Shown one piece after another: positions 24,401 to 36,880 of a DNA stretch of 46,762 bases. Location of the stretch: positions 1-46,762 of the forward strand of contig CDMY01000587.1 of assembly GCA_001179505.1 (NCBI GenBank), in the 5' to 3' direction. The number at the start of each line of letters is the position of its first letter. The stretch's first letter is position 1. The notes beneath the pieces were generated by a model, which was not told the DNA's origin, made no database searches, and was given only the letters and a program-made list of their open reading frames with translations. A program made the position numbers and the translations under genes. Origin of the DNA: Vitrella brassicaformis CCMP3155. Taxonomy: Eukaryota > Protista > Chromerida.

Positions 24401-27400
24401 GTCATGTGGCGCCAGGTCAGGGACACCAGTGAAAGGTTCTACGCCAACGCTAGCAGACTCGTCGAGGAGACGGTGGCGGCGGGAGGAGAGGCGTCCAGGA
24501 CCCTCTACACGCTGCTCGACAACGCCAGGAGAAACTGCTCTGTCAGTCAGCGTACATGACGAGTGAATCAACGAGTCGCACTCAATGAATGGCTGCCTCA
24601 CGGGTTCATCGTCTGTCCGTCCATTCGTCTACCCATGCAGGCACTGCCCAACGTTGAGTCGTTCGAGAAGCATCTGGAGCAGATTCTGGCTGTGCCTTTG
24701 CCCAAGGACTGCTCGACGCGGTCGCCTGCAACAGACGGCGCTGCAAGTGAGGCAGAGATCAAAATGATGGTGGCAAGAGCAGTCCCACACAACATTCGCA
24801 CTGCGGTGAGTGAGCAAGCGATACCTGCTCCCATGACTGACTGACTGACTGCCTGACTGTCTACCTCTTACTTGCTCGCTTGACTGTTTGTATTGGGTCA
24901 TTCAGGTGAAGCACGCTACCAACGCCATCGACACGAGCGCCCTTTCCGTTGGGGAGATCAAGAGGCCCCTCGCTTCGTGGATTGAAATGCTCAAGCAAAC
25001 GCCGCTCGCTATGAATGATGAGCTAGCCAGCAGGATACGCGAGGGCGACGCTGGGCAGCCGCCTCTCTTGGCGAAAAGCGGCGGGAAGAAGGCGGCCAAG
25101 AAGGCGCCGGCAAAGAAGCCTCCGCCACCTGCCATCGACACGGAGCCGGCAGAGGAGGCACAAGAAGCCGTCACGGAGATGGAGCCGGTCGTTGCTGAGA
25201 TTAAGTGGGACGAAATGTCGCCGCGGAGACGCGCTGACTTCGACAATATGACCGTGAGTCAGTGGCGCGACAAGTGAGCATAACGCTCATTGGCTTCACT
25301 GTTTGTTTGTTCGAGGGTGCAGGTTGTGGTGGATAATCTGCGGCGGATCAGGGACCAGCTACAGCGGAAGGCGGAGATCGATCAGACCATCGACCTTGCG
25401 AAGCCAACAATGGCACGCACTCGCACGCACTCTGATGAAAGCATGCATTCACGTTTCCGTTGATTCATTATTGCACAGCATGACCAACTATTTCCTCTTG
25501 TCGACCATGCACTGGTGCAGGAGCCGCCAAAGCGCAAGAAGACACGCACGGGAACGGTCACTTTAGCTGGCAGCGCTGGAAAAGTACCTTCCAAGGAGAG
25601 CGTACTGGGACCAAAAAGGCCGAGTCCGAAGGCGAAACTGGCGCAACAGCCGACCTTATTCGTTGCGTTGGGTGCACAGTCAACATCCTTCTTCACCGAC
25701 AACCCGAGGCCCGAGGTGACCCTGCTGCTCGACCAAAAAGCCGGGCTGAAGGAGCAGGTCCGACGGACAGATATTCTTCAGCTTATCTTTGCCGGTCTTG
25801 TTGATGGGTCCGTGCAGGTGGGTGATCTGCAAAGAAGGTTGGCCGATCTGGAGTCAGCGCTAGCATCACGAGCATCTATGGAAGCACAAGCCCCCACAGC
25901 CGTCGCTTCCACTCTATCTGGCCGTGCTGACAAGGCCCGGCCCGACAGCGGACCGAGACACGGGCCCGCCCCCTTGGGTTCACGGAGAGTTGCCGAGCCC
26001 GCCCCCTCAGTGCCAAAGAGCCCAGCTGAAAGAGGACAAGCGCAACAGCAGACCGCCAGGGGCAGGACACCAATAGCGCCATCGGAAACGGTAGGCGCTG
26101 TGCCTAAGCCCAAGGCCAGGGAGGGGGTCAGAGCGGCCCGCAGCGACAAAGAGGGGGCTCGCAAAGCTGAGCCTAGACGAAGCCCACAGAGAGAGCCCAG
26201 CACACAAGACAGGTCCCGAGACGATGACGATGGCCGCAGCACAGCAACAGCAAGGGGCAGGAAGGACATGGAGAGGCAGTTAAAGCAGCAGCAGCAGCAG
26301 CAGAAAAGCCCACCACTGTCCCTGAAAGCCGTTGCCGTCGGTGAGAGGGCGGCTCGGACACTCCCTCAGCAACCGCCCTCTAAACCAGCCGCAGTTGCTG
26401 CCCCCACTCATACTCCTGGAACGGCGACGCCATCTCGCAGCTCACCAGAGGGGCAGCGCCACGGCAGGGAGCGGAACAGAACACCCGACACCGACGGCAA
26501 AAGAGCAGCGCAGGAGGTGGGTAGAGCAACATTTCAGTCTGTTCGCAGCAAAAGTATTGCTCGCATCGTGTGAGACGCGTGCTCTGTCCGCCACAGGAGC
26601 CCAAGTTTATGTCTGAGGACGACCAGCACTTTCCGAATTTGTCGGAAGATATGCGGAGGATCAAAGCTGAAATGCTGAAGGGGGCTGGAGTGACAAGCGC
26701 ACAGGTGCTGATCTACTATGTCGCTGCACCTGCCTGCCATTCTCGTTCGTGGTCTGTTTGCAGTGGGTCAAAAGCTCGGTCAAGCGGCGCAGGGTGGCCC
26801 GGTGGGTTGTGAAGCAGAGGAAGACCCTGAAAGTGTACGTCGGATGCACGGCATGTGCACGCACACAGATGTGAGAAAGAGACCCAACCAAGTCTCGTCT
26901 TGTCTGTCCATTGGCTCACAGGCGTCTTTTGCTTGCCCAAGGTCTGCTCAACAAGTTCCTACTGCGACAGATAGACCAAGCCACCGCCAGGAGCTTCAAG
27001 AAGGTGCGCGCAGGTGCAGGCACCCGCAAGAATCAAGCGGTCTTCTCTCTTTTGAGGCTCTCTTCCAAATGTTGCTGCTTGATGTTGCAGATGCTCGATG
27101 GTGGTGGCAAGGAGAAAGACTTCGGAGAGGAGCGGCGGGCGCTCGCTGTGCGGATAGGAGACATCAGCAGACTCGTATGCAGACAGCCAGACAGACATGC
27201 ACACGATTCCCAATGGCAACCACGCATCGGACACGGTGTGCTGTAGTGTGACTTTTGGCGTGGGCGCCTCGACATCCTGGGCGAGGCTGTACAGTATGGG
27301 TTCGCTGATATTCTTGAGTTTCAAAAGGCCAAGAAGGACGGCACCTTAAGGCCGCTTCAGGACGTATACGGTATGCCGGTGCCCCCCAAGGTGGCTGCGG

Positions 27401-30400
27401 CCAAGGCAACCATCAAGGCACTGAGGCCGACAGCTCTTTCGTAAGCCGTGAACCCACTGCGCAGGGAAGGATTGTCATGCACGAAGAGACATGCTCGCTT
27501 CTCACTCATTCCTGTCTGCAGCGCGAGGTTGAGAAGAGTGCCCGTAACAGGGCTGGGCGAGAGCCGTATCAGTCATGTGACAGAGGAGACAATTGAGGTG
27601 AGGGACGAGTCAAGCAGCAAATACCTCATGCACAGATACATGATACCCCATGCCAGCTTGAGAGCCCCGTGCCCCAGCGTCCTCAAGACCGACCGGGACG
27701 CGGATCCAGCAGGCTCCACAGTCCGATGAAAAAGAGGTAAGCGGATGGCGAGACGGGCAGATGAGTCAGAGTAGAGCTTGTGTGTCCCTCTTGTCTCGCG
27801 AAGTCCAAAGGCCAGCCCAAGCATTTATCGTCGGAGCCGTCGCCGAGTGCGGCGCAGCCTCACACAGGGAGACATGGACGCTGCGAAGCTCCACCAACAG
27901 CTCCAGCAGCAGCTGGCTCTCCGCAGAGGCGACACAGCAACACCACAATATCAGCTGACACTTGTGACCCGCGCCCTTGAGACGTCGAAGGGCGGGCTGC
28001 GACGCTCGAGCTCGCTGGGAGACATGGATGGCCTGAGAAAAACCCGGGGGAGACTCAAACGGCGTCATAGTAGCGGCCTTCGGTCGGCATCTAGCCGCGG
28101 AAGCAGCTGCGTCAGTCCCGCCCCGGTGCTGCCGCACACGCTGGCTGGCCAGCTGAAAGGGGTTTCGCGCAGCCAAACAGTGACCGCCCTTGGCAGTCGC
28201 AGGCACTCATTCGCCCACAGTGGCCGGTCATCGCGACGCAGCGTGTCCAGTCGACGCTCCTACCAGGGTGGTCAAAGTGAAGATGGGTCAAGGCGATCGT
28301 CGGTATGCTCGGCGGAGGGGGAGAAGGCATACGTGAGAACGCGAAGGAGGGCCAGGTCCGTCATATTCGGCCGACGGCCGACGGGACTAGACGACCTGAT
28401 AGCCTCTCATTCGAGGACGTCGACGCCCGAACCTGAGAAGACAGAGGTCGACAAAGCAAGCATCATCAATCAGCACCTGCAAAAGATCTTCCCTGTAGGC
28501 TGAACGATATGTACATGCCTTTTACGCCAAGAGAATCAACACGTGACGGTTTCTCTTTCTCGTCCAGGAGGCTGTCGAAAAGGGCAGCCCAAAATCGCCT
28601 CAAAGTCTCTCACAGGTCAGCCACGCACGCATTGTCGCAACACCCCTGCTAGTCCTTGGCACTTCATTCAGGCGATGATCAAGTATATGGCGCGGGAGAA
28701 GGCCGAGAGGCACCTCCTGAAGGAGTGGCTCGACCGAATCCCTGAGCTCAACTGGCAGGTGCGCGAGGGCCTCTTCACAGAGCTGATGGCCAAAGAGGAG
28801 AGGCTCATCGCCGACTTTGCCAAGTGAGCGAGCCACCAAGCAACAGGAGTATTTATTCATTCATTCATTATGGATGCACATGCTTATCTGCCTTTTTCAC
28901 CTGAAGGAAAGGGCTATCCTTCACGAGCGTCAAATTCGCCACAGCCGAGCGCGTGCTGGCGCTTCTGCGTATGGAGTTGATCAACATACACAATGCCGTC
29001 GACCAGCAGCAGCAGCAGACGGTCAGCCATCAAGCAGAGCCGCTACACTGTCGAGACAGCAGCGACTGTGTCTGGTGTGTCATTGCATTGCAGCCTGTCT
29101 TGGACAGAATCCGTGTCCCCGATCAAGTGACCGAAAAGCTGCAACAGGTCAACCGACAGACTCACAGCCACTCAGTCCTGCTAATTGCCGTGTCTCTTTG
29201 TCACTCTCTGTGCGTGTGTCTGTGTGTGTGTGCGCTGGTTCAGATGTACGATGTGTTCCTGCAGAAGGTCACTGCCAAAGAGGAGGCCCAGCGGCGGGCC
29301 GAGGAGATGAAGCAGCGCGCACTCCTGCTCAAGCAGCAGCTGCAGAACATCCGCTTCAGCAGCGCTGCCGACTCAGTCGCAGTCCAAGCCGACAGAGCAG
29401 ACATACCTGACAGGCTCGACAAGGCGGACGAGACCGACAAGGCCATCGATCAGGCCGCCCCGGCCACGCCGGCCAAGGGCTCGACCAAAAGCTCCCCGAA
29501 GATGTCTCCACCGAGAGTTCGCACACCTGGCCCGATCGCGTCACGAAAGTCGTCGCGGCCGTCCACGGCGGCTCCTCGCAGGGCGGTAGCAGAAGCCGGG
29601 GGCTCTGGAGAGGCGGCAGCGGAGGCCCCCGCCGACAAAACATCACTCGGCCTTCTTTATGCAATTGGCGGAGAGTCGGATGATGCCCTGAGCGACGTGG
29701 AGACCCCGAGGGTCGCTGCACCGGTGACTGACCAAGACACTGCGGAGGAGCAGGAGGCTCGCGAGCAGGCGCTCCGTGAGGAGCGGCGTCGGCAAGTGCG
29801 GAATGCTTTTCTGTCGACTTACTTTGCTGCCTGGCGGCTGTATGTGGAGATGCAGAAGCAGGGCGTGAGGATGCCACCCGATGATGAAGACGAAATGGCC
29901 ATTGGCAGGCCCTCAACCACAAAGCGCAAGTCACAATCACAGCGGAAGAAGAAGGCCGCGAGTGAACGTACGAGCCAACGTCTGCTGTTCTCCCTTTTCC
30001 CGCCCGACGCTGACGAAAGTGACGAAGAGGATCCGTTCGCGAACGAGGACCTGCAGCCACTGATCCACGTTGACGAGGACGACTCCGACGTGAGCCAACA
30101 CGGTGACACTGAAGCGCATCGGTTGTCGCGGCGGGTTATCCGGGTGGGGGACGTAGAGTTCGAGCTCGACAAGAAGCAGTACGTGGCGCTGCGGCAGCGG
30201 CGGGACGATCGCATGCTGGTCCTCAATCGTGAGTACGGCAACATGGCCGTGGCTACCGACAACCGGCGGGTGCAAGCCATCAGAGAGGTCGCTAACGTCA
30301 TCAAGAGTGAGATCCAAGAAGAGCTCAGAGAAGCCGCCATGTCCTGGAAGCGAAAAGACTCCTTCTCGGTAACTCGTGAGTGAGACTGTACGAGCGGATG

Positions 30401-33400
30401 GCTGGGCACATCGTTTCTCTTCATTCACTGGCATTCCTGTGTCTATGCGCGAGCACAGAGGGTGATAGAGCATGAGGATCAGATGAGGTTAACGTCGCAA
30501 CGGTAAGCAAAACGAGTCACCAATCGACTTGTCATTACAAATCACATTCACTGCTGTATGCACACACGCAGAGCGAGTCGCAAGTCGACTGCCCCCGTGG
30601 TTGCGGTGTCGTCTCAGCCCCGTACCCCGTTCTCTCCCCAGGGTCTCCATTCCTCCCGCACCAGCCAGCGAGGATCTTTACACAACATATGGGCGAGCCC
30701 CGAACAGATGACCCCGCCAAGGACTGCACCCACACCACATACTCAACAAATGAGACAGCAAGGCTACCCCGGCAGCGTTACGCTGGCGAAGCCCGACACC
30801 AAGGATGCTGTCGCCGATGCAGATGCAGCAGTGCAAGACAAACAGCGGCGTGCGATGCGGCGAAGCTCGACCCATGGCATTATCATGTCGATCATGGACG
30901 AACAGGACACGAAATCACAAAAAGCGGGTAAGGGATGTCGGGAAGAAAGGTAATGGGATGCATAAGTCTTCTTCCTGGATGGATCCCTTCATGTCTCGTA
31001 GAGCCCAAAGTGAGCATCAATGAAAAGGTCCTTGAGCATCGAGTTATGATTGATGACTCCGAGTCGGCAGGGAGCGCTACCGACATATCAATGCGGCATC
31101 ACCAAGCTATCGAGCCAGTGGCATCCACAACAAAGGAACTGCCCAAGCAGGACAAGAAACGACCTCGATGGAGCGACAGTTTTACTCCCTTCCAGCCCGT
31201 ACAGGCGCAATCGATGGCTGCTGATACAAGGGAAGCCCAGAGGTCCGCCCCACGCCCACGCACGACAGACGCCCGCCCACCCTCCTCGTCCATTTACCCC
31301 CACGTCAGCGAGACGCGACCAGCTGAAGTGTACGCGACACTCGCCAAACCAACATCAAGGGGCAGAGGCTATGGTAACCTTCCTTCGCCGTCACCTGCAC
31401 GTAAGCAGCGCTCTCTCTGGAGCACGGAAAGAATCAGTAAGTGGGTATCTTTTTGGGTCTCCCTCACTCATGCCAGGATTCACATATAAGAAGCGCGCTT
31501 TGCGGGCATCTCGTGTTCAAATGCGGCGGATGTCTGGGGGGCCTCTTCGCGTCGCGACAATTGGCGTCAGCACTGGCAGCAGGTATGGAAATCCTCAATG
31601 TCGTACGTTTACGTGGTGTGTATGCTGGATCCCTGTGTGCAGGATCGCCAAGCGGCATCGGGGATTCCTAACACGCCACTTCACCTCGCTGTCCAGGACG
31701 GCTGGCGCAATCCTGAAGGGCGGGCTTCTCAACGCCCAAGGTGCGCTGCAGGCCCAGAGGAGGAAAGTGCACTGCAAGAGGCGCAAGTTCTCGGCCACTT
31801 ACCCCGACGTGCATGCGCACTACCATTCGCTGATTCACTCTCTCGAAGACCTTGTAAGTGAACGACCGATAGAGTCGCGAAGTGCAACAGGGCGCTTACT
31901 CACATTCGCCTTGCAGGTCAATGAAGCGGTGGCGAGTCTGTGTGTGAGTCCATCACTATCCCTCCGCCGGCGTGCCCCACTGAAAATGGAGCGTTCTTCG
32001 AAGCCAGAGCCTCTCGCGCACAGGTAGGCATCGTACGATCACTAGCACCCGTCGATTGATGCCAGCCTTTCTGCCTGCATCTCTGCAGTGACGGCCGTCC
32101 GGCGTCTGCACGGGACAGATATAGCATGCCTGGCCAGAAGCCGCTTGTGCTGCACGCCACTCCGTCTTTGCCTCAGGTCAAGAAGAGCAGCCCAGCCCAG
32201 GCAGTCATCGACCACACGACCAAGAAGCCATCAGTTGTCCACTTCCTGTCGCCACATGAGCCCCCACCTCTGCCTACCAAACGACTGCCGGTCACTCCTG
32301 AGCCCCACCACGTGAGCGAGACGCGGCCAGCTGAAGTGCATGCGATGAAGAGCGCTTTGGACCTACCTCCCGCTTGGCGTGCCCTTGATAGACAGCCCTT
32401 CGCGAGCCCGGACACGGAGAGGTGGGCTCACGTAAAAGGAGATGGCCGACAGCCCTTGGGTGGTCCGCAGTCGCATGCCGCTGACCTGACTGGCGATAGG
32501 AAACATCCACCAAAGACCGGCCTGCGTCCCGCCCCTGCTGTTCCCCGCGCACCTCCCGAAAGACCAGCGAGCCCAGCGGCGCCGTTGATGGTGCGGCCTT
32601 TCGTCGAAGCGGACACTGCCCGTAAGCGCGCCAGGGACGAGAGCGTTGAATCAAAGGGAGAGAAACAAGCGGCTGTTGGCGGCAGCGAGTCTCAGCCTGA
32701 CCTTTCGCTTGGCGTCCCTGCACCGGCGGCCTTGTCTGTTGAGCAGCACGTGGTTCCTCCATCTCTGCTCCAGCGTGCCAGAGTCCTGCGGCCCTCCGGC
32801 ACTCGAAGACATGCGACAGCCACTGCTGCTACAGACAGACAGGGCGACCAGTTGGTCGTCACGAGCACCACAGGCAGAGACAAGGGGAGGGGACAGGAGG
32901 ACATCAATGCGTTTCATGGGGGGCCAATCCTTGGCCGTCGTCACCCGTCCCTGACTGCCCTGACGGAGAGGAGGGAAGACGATGGCGTGGAAGGGGGACG
33001 GTATGGGTTGGCTGTCTCACTGCATCCCGCCGCCCTGCAGGCTGGGCCGTTGACTGAGCGCACCCCAAGGAGGACAGTGTTTAAAGATATCTCGGCCAGG
33101 CCGGCCGAGCGTCGAGAGTCAGCAAAAGCCTCACTCAAAGTGGTGTCGTCACTGCCGCTGGCTGTCTCGGTCGACAGAGGCGTCAGGGCGTTGCTACAAG
33201 CACCAAAGGAACAAGAGGCCGGGAGCACCGATCATCAAGTATCTCCACAGCGCCCTGACAAGAGCAAAGCAAAGCAAGAAGGCACGGCCATCGCAACCGC
33301 CGCAGCGCAGCCTACGATCGATGACTTTGCCACTCTCCTCAAGTGAGTACCTGACTGATTGCACCACCGCACCGTGTACGTATTGCCTCACGCTCGTCGG

Positions 33401-33969
33401 TCTTGTCGGTCGGTCTTTCTGTTCATTTGTCTGTTATTCAGGTGGATGATGGTCAGACAAAGAGGTCGGGGCGAGGTTGGCGAGTTGGAATATCCGCCTG
33501 CCGTGGTGCCGTCGTCTCTGCGTGGACATGTCTCTCCCGCCTCGGTGCTTGACCGGGAGGACTCGATGAGGTCCGAGACAGTACACTTGCCGCCTCTCTC
33601 GCCGCCCGGGACTGACGTAACACGAGAGACACAACAAGACACATCCATCGAAAAGAAAGGAGGGCAACAGGGCCTTGTGTCGCCGGGCAAGAGGTTGGAC
33701 GCCAAGAAGCTGCTCCATGCGGCCCGGCAGTACGTGCAGTCAGGCTTCGCCACATCTGCTCTCCATCAACTCTTACAGGCGGGATGCGCATCAAGTCAAT
33801 GAGCAAAGGAGTCATTACAAGTGAGTACCCGCACGCAACCATTAGACCAGCGTTTCTGGGCCGCAGACAGACAGACAGACAGACGGTCAGCACTACATTC
33901 CTTGGGACGGATAGACGGACAGGCAGACACGCGAAGCACAACAGAAGGAAGAAAGAAAAGGCTGACTAA
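21487..33969 (+). CDS. Giant multi-exon low-complexity/coiled-coil hypothetical protein (estimated >3000 aa)
   Basis: Long + strand ORFs (21361-22596, 23540-24559, 25515-26573, 27778-28503, 28953-30383, 32126-33346) are linked by phase-compatible introns at the junctions checked. Rich in A/E/R/S/P/Q, with no recognisable domain. Probable last exon ends KEKAD* at 33969. Confidence 0.6.
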
Positions 33970-34149
33970 CCTACTGCCTTTTTTTCATTTTTTGTGTTTG
34001 CTGGTGAGAGCGCTTCATTTGTAAAAATGCGACATGGGTGTACAGATTTGTTGAGTGACAATGAAATGCTCTGATATTTCTATGTGTCGTGTGCATACAC
34101 ATTGACCCCCGAGTTTACTTTCCGCTATCAGACGCTTCTACCCGCCCCC

Positions 34150-34390
34150 GCCACACCACACAAAATACAGCGTCATCGCCTGATGGTGCGGCCAAAAAGC
34201 AAAGCCAAACCAGACTTGACTCAGTAGTGAGGGCACTGCCTCTCGCCGCCTGCACTAGCTGTGCTGGAAATTGGACTCACAGTGGTGGGCACTGCATTTC
34301 CCTCGCGCAGACATACATGATTGCATGAATAACCTCACTCACTGCCCCCGGCCAGTCGAGTCGCTGATTCGTGCATCCGTCCATGCAGCG
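34150..34390 (-). repeat. Orphan copy of the LHC gene 3' flanking sequence
   Basis: 34247-34270 is 24/24 identical to the reverse complement of 43351-43374. 34340-34383 is 39/44 identical to 40498-40541. Confidence 0.75.
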
Positions 34391-34497
34391 ACACATGGCA
34401 TCCGTCAGCCAGTTGGTCTGTCGGTGTTGGCGAGATACACCTAACCCACTGAACCTAGCGCGACACACATAACGGGGCACAACTAAACGAGACACAG

Positions 34498-35067
34498 GTT
34501 ACAGGTTCGTTACAGGTCTTCCACTTTGGTGACTGTGACATTCATGGGCTCGACATCGCGCTAACCTTGGCCGTCGACCTGGAGCCATACAACATTGCTG
34601 TGTTCTGGCACGCGGTGATGTGTCTGCAGGTGGAAGTGTGGAAGGAAGAGATACTACGGGAGAGAAGTTGCCATGTGGGAGGAAAATCTACTTGTGTGCT
34701 CCGTCAGTGGGGTCTGGGGACCATCGCGCTCAGCGAGAGAGACGAGAAGAAAGCTCGGGCATTCTTGCAGGTGCCCGCTAGTGGCCGTGTTAGTCAGTCG
34801 ATAGCAAAGAAGTGGAAGACACAGGTACGCCAACACGGGTGTTGCAACAATGTCGCGGCTATGGGGGTTCGTCCAGGATCAGATGGAGACCATCGTGGAG
34901 ACCCGGACACAAACGAAGCTGAATGTAAGTGCGTGCAAACGGTGGGTCGTCGCGCAATGAGTGATTTGTCATGTGCGTGTACGCAGATGACTTTTGAGAA
35001 AGGGGACGAGGATGTTCTGCGAGAGACATTCCGACAGCTTCGCGACATACGACTTCAGAATACATGA
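34498..35067 (+). pseudogene. 5'-truncated Spo11/Top6A (or JetD-type) TOPRIM-like gene fragment
   Basis: VFHFGDCDIHGLDIALTL (DxD) ... GLGTIALSERDEKKARAFLQ ... KKWKTQ, resembling the Top6A/Spo11 C-terminus. The clear GT-AG introns near the 3' end (52 and 62 nt) keep the frame. No upstream winged-helix exons seen. Confidence 0.5.
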
Positions 35068-35200
35068 CCTGTATCTGAAGCTACCGTCCTATGTCCATGA
35101 GACCAACACATGTGATTCTGACAATGAATCCATCCATCCGTCCCTCCAGGCCAGCTGGTCAAAAAACCACACACACATGACTGTTGTATGCCGGCCTCTG

Positions 35201-36838
35201 TCGGTCTCTGTTTATTTGTCTGTCATTCAGGTGGATGGTGTTCGAACAAAGGGATTCAGGCGAGGTTGGCGAGTTGGAATATCCGCCTGCCGTGGTGCCG
35301 TCGTCTCTGCGTGGACATGTCTCTCCCGCCTCGGTGCTTGACCGGGAGGACTCGATGAGGTCCGGGACAGCAGAAGGGCACACGACACGCGGAATAGCTT
35401 GCATTTCTGGAAATGGGAACGAGATCTGGAATGGCCGGCGCCTCCAGGAATGGCTCCGGTTGCCAGCAATGACCTGCCAGCTCTGGCATTGACTGTCCAT
35501 TCCTGGCAGTGCATGTCCATTCCTGGCAGTGCATGGCCATTCCTGGCATTACATGGCCATTCCTGGAAGCGCATGGCCATTCCTGGAAGCGCATGGCCAT
35601 TCCTGGCATTACATGGCCATTCCTGGCATTGACTGAGCATTCCTGGCATTGACTGACCATTCCTGGCTTTGAACGGCCATTCCTGGCATTGACTGACCTT
35701 TCCTGGCAACATTCACCGTCACACCAATCAATCAGTCGATCAATCGATCAATCAATCAATCAATCAGTCAGACAGTCAATGGTACTTGTCAAAAAATCAC
35801 AAACAGCCAAGCACAGACAGACAGCCGCACGCAGAGGCCGTCACTCTCTGGATGAGCCGGGCTGCCCTTTGTGTGGTGGCATGAGGAGTGTGGCTGCATG
35901 GCTGGCTCTGCACAGCTCCCGGAGGCTGTGGTGGAGCTGCCATTTCAGGAGGTTGCCTTTCTGCAAGCGGTGCCGTATATGTATGTGCCAGAGGGTCAGA
36001 TGGATGTTTTCTTTGCTGCAGACAGGTCGAATTCACTCGATGACTACAACTACCATTGACTGTCTGACTGATTGATTGATTGATTGACTGATTGATTGAT
36101 TGATCGACTGATTGATTGGTGTGACGGTGAATGTTGCCAGGAAAGGTCAGTCAATGCCAGGAATGGCCGTTCAAAGCCAGGAATGGTCAGTCAATGCCAG
36201 GAATGGCCGTTCAAAGCCAGGAATGGTCAGTCAATGCCAGGAATGGCCATGTAATGCCAGGAATGGACATGTACTGCCAGGAATGGCCATGTAATGCCAG
36301 GAATGGCCATGTAATGCCAGGAATGGCCATGCGCTTCCAGGAATGGCCATGTAATGCCAGGAATGGCCATGCACTGCCAGGAATGGCCATGCACTGCCAG
36401 GAATGGACAGTCAATGCCAGAGCTGGCAGGTCATTGCTGGCAACCAGAGCCATTCCTGGAGGCGCCGGCCATTCCAGATCTCGTTCCCATTTCCAGAAAT
36501 GCAAGCTATTCCGCGTGTCGTGCATGTGCACCTGCCGCCTCCCTCACCGCCCAGCACTACTGAAGTAATACGAGAGACACAACAAGAGACCTCGGCCGCA
36601 CCCGCAGCATCAGAAAAGAAAGGAAGGCAACAGGGCCTTCTATCGCCGGGCAAGAGGCTGGACACCAAGAAGCTGCTCCATGCCGCCCGGAAGTACGTAC
36701 AGTCAGGTTCGCCAATGAGGCTCTCCATCAACTCTTGAAGGCGGGATGCGTATCAAGTCAGTGCGTGAGCGAGTAGTCTGAGCACTTCATTTTAAAACGC
36801 GAATGCGACATCGGTGTCCAGCTTTGTTCAGTGACCAT
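35201..36838 (+). pseudogene. Diverged duplicate of the giant gene's 3' exon region, interrupted by a foldback element
   Basis: 35201-35370 matches about 33408-33580. 36523-36790 matches about 33581-33830. 36781-36838 matches about 34008-34063. Confidence 0.85.
35381..36522. mobile_element. Foldback-like element: long inverted arms made of 20-bp tandem repeats around a ~266-bp loop
   Basis: The left arm 35381-35784 is the reverse complement of the right arm 36051-36522. There are 11 units (35481-35700) versus 14 units (36141-36420) of consensus GAATGGCCATGTAATGCCAG, plus (TCAA)n/(TTGA)n tracts at the inner ends. Confidence 0.85.
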
Positions 36839-36880
36839 ACACTTTATATGGTGTATGTACTGTATCTGTTGTGTTGTGTA

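Noticed and set aside
35481-36420. Regularly spaced 20-bp repeats that could be taken for a CRISPR array, and the MPG/CQEW-repeat ORFs over them
   Set aside because: The units abut with no unique spacers, there are no cas genes and the context is eukaryotic. The ORFs are translations of the satellite.
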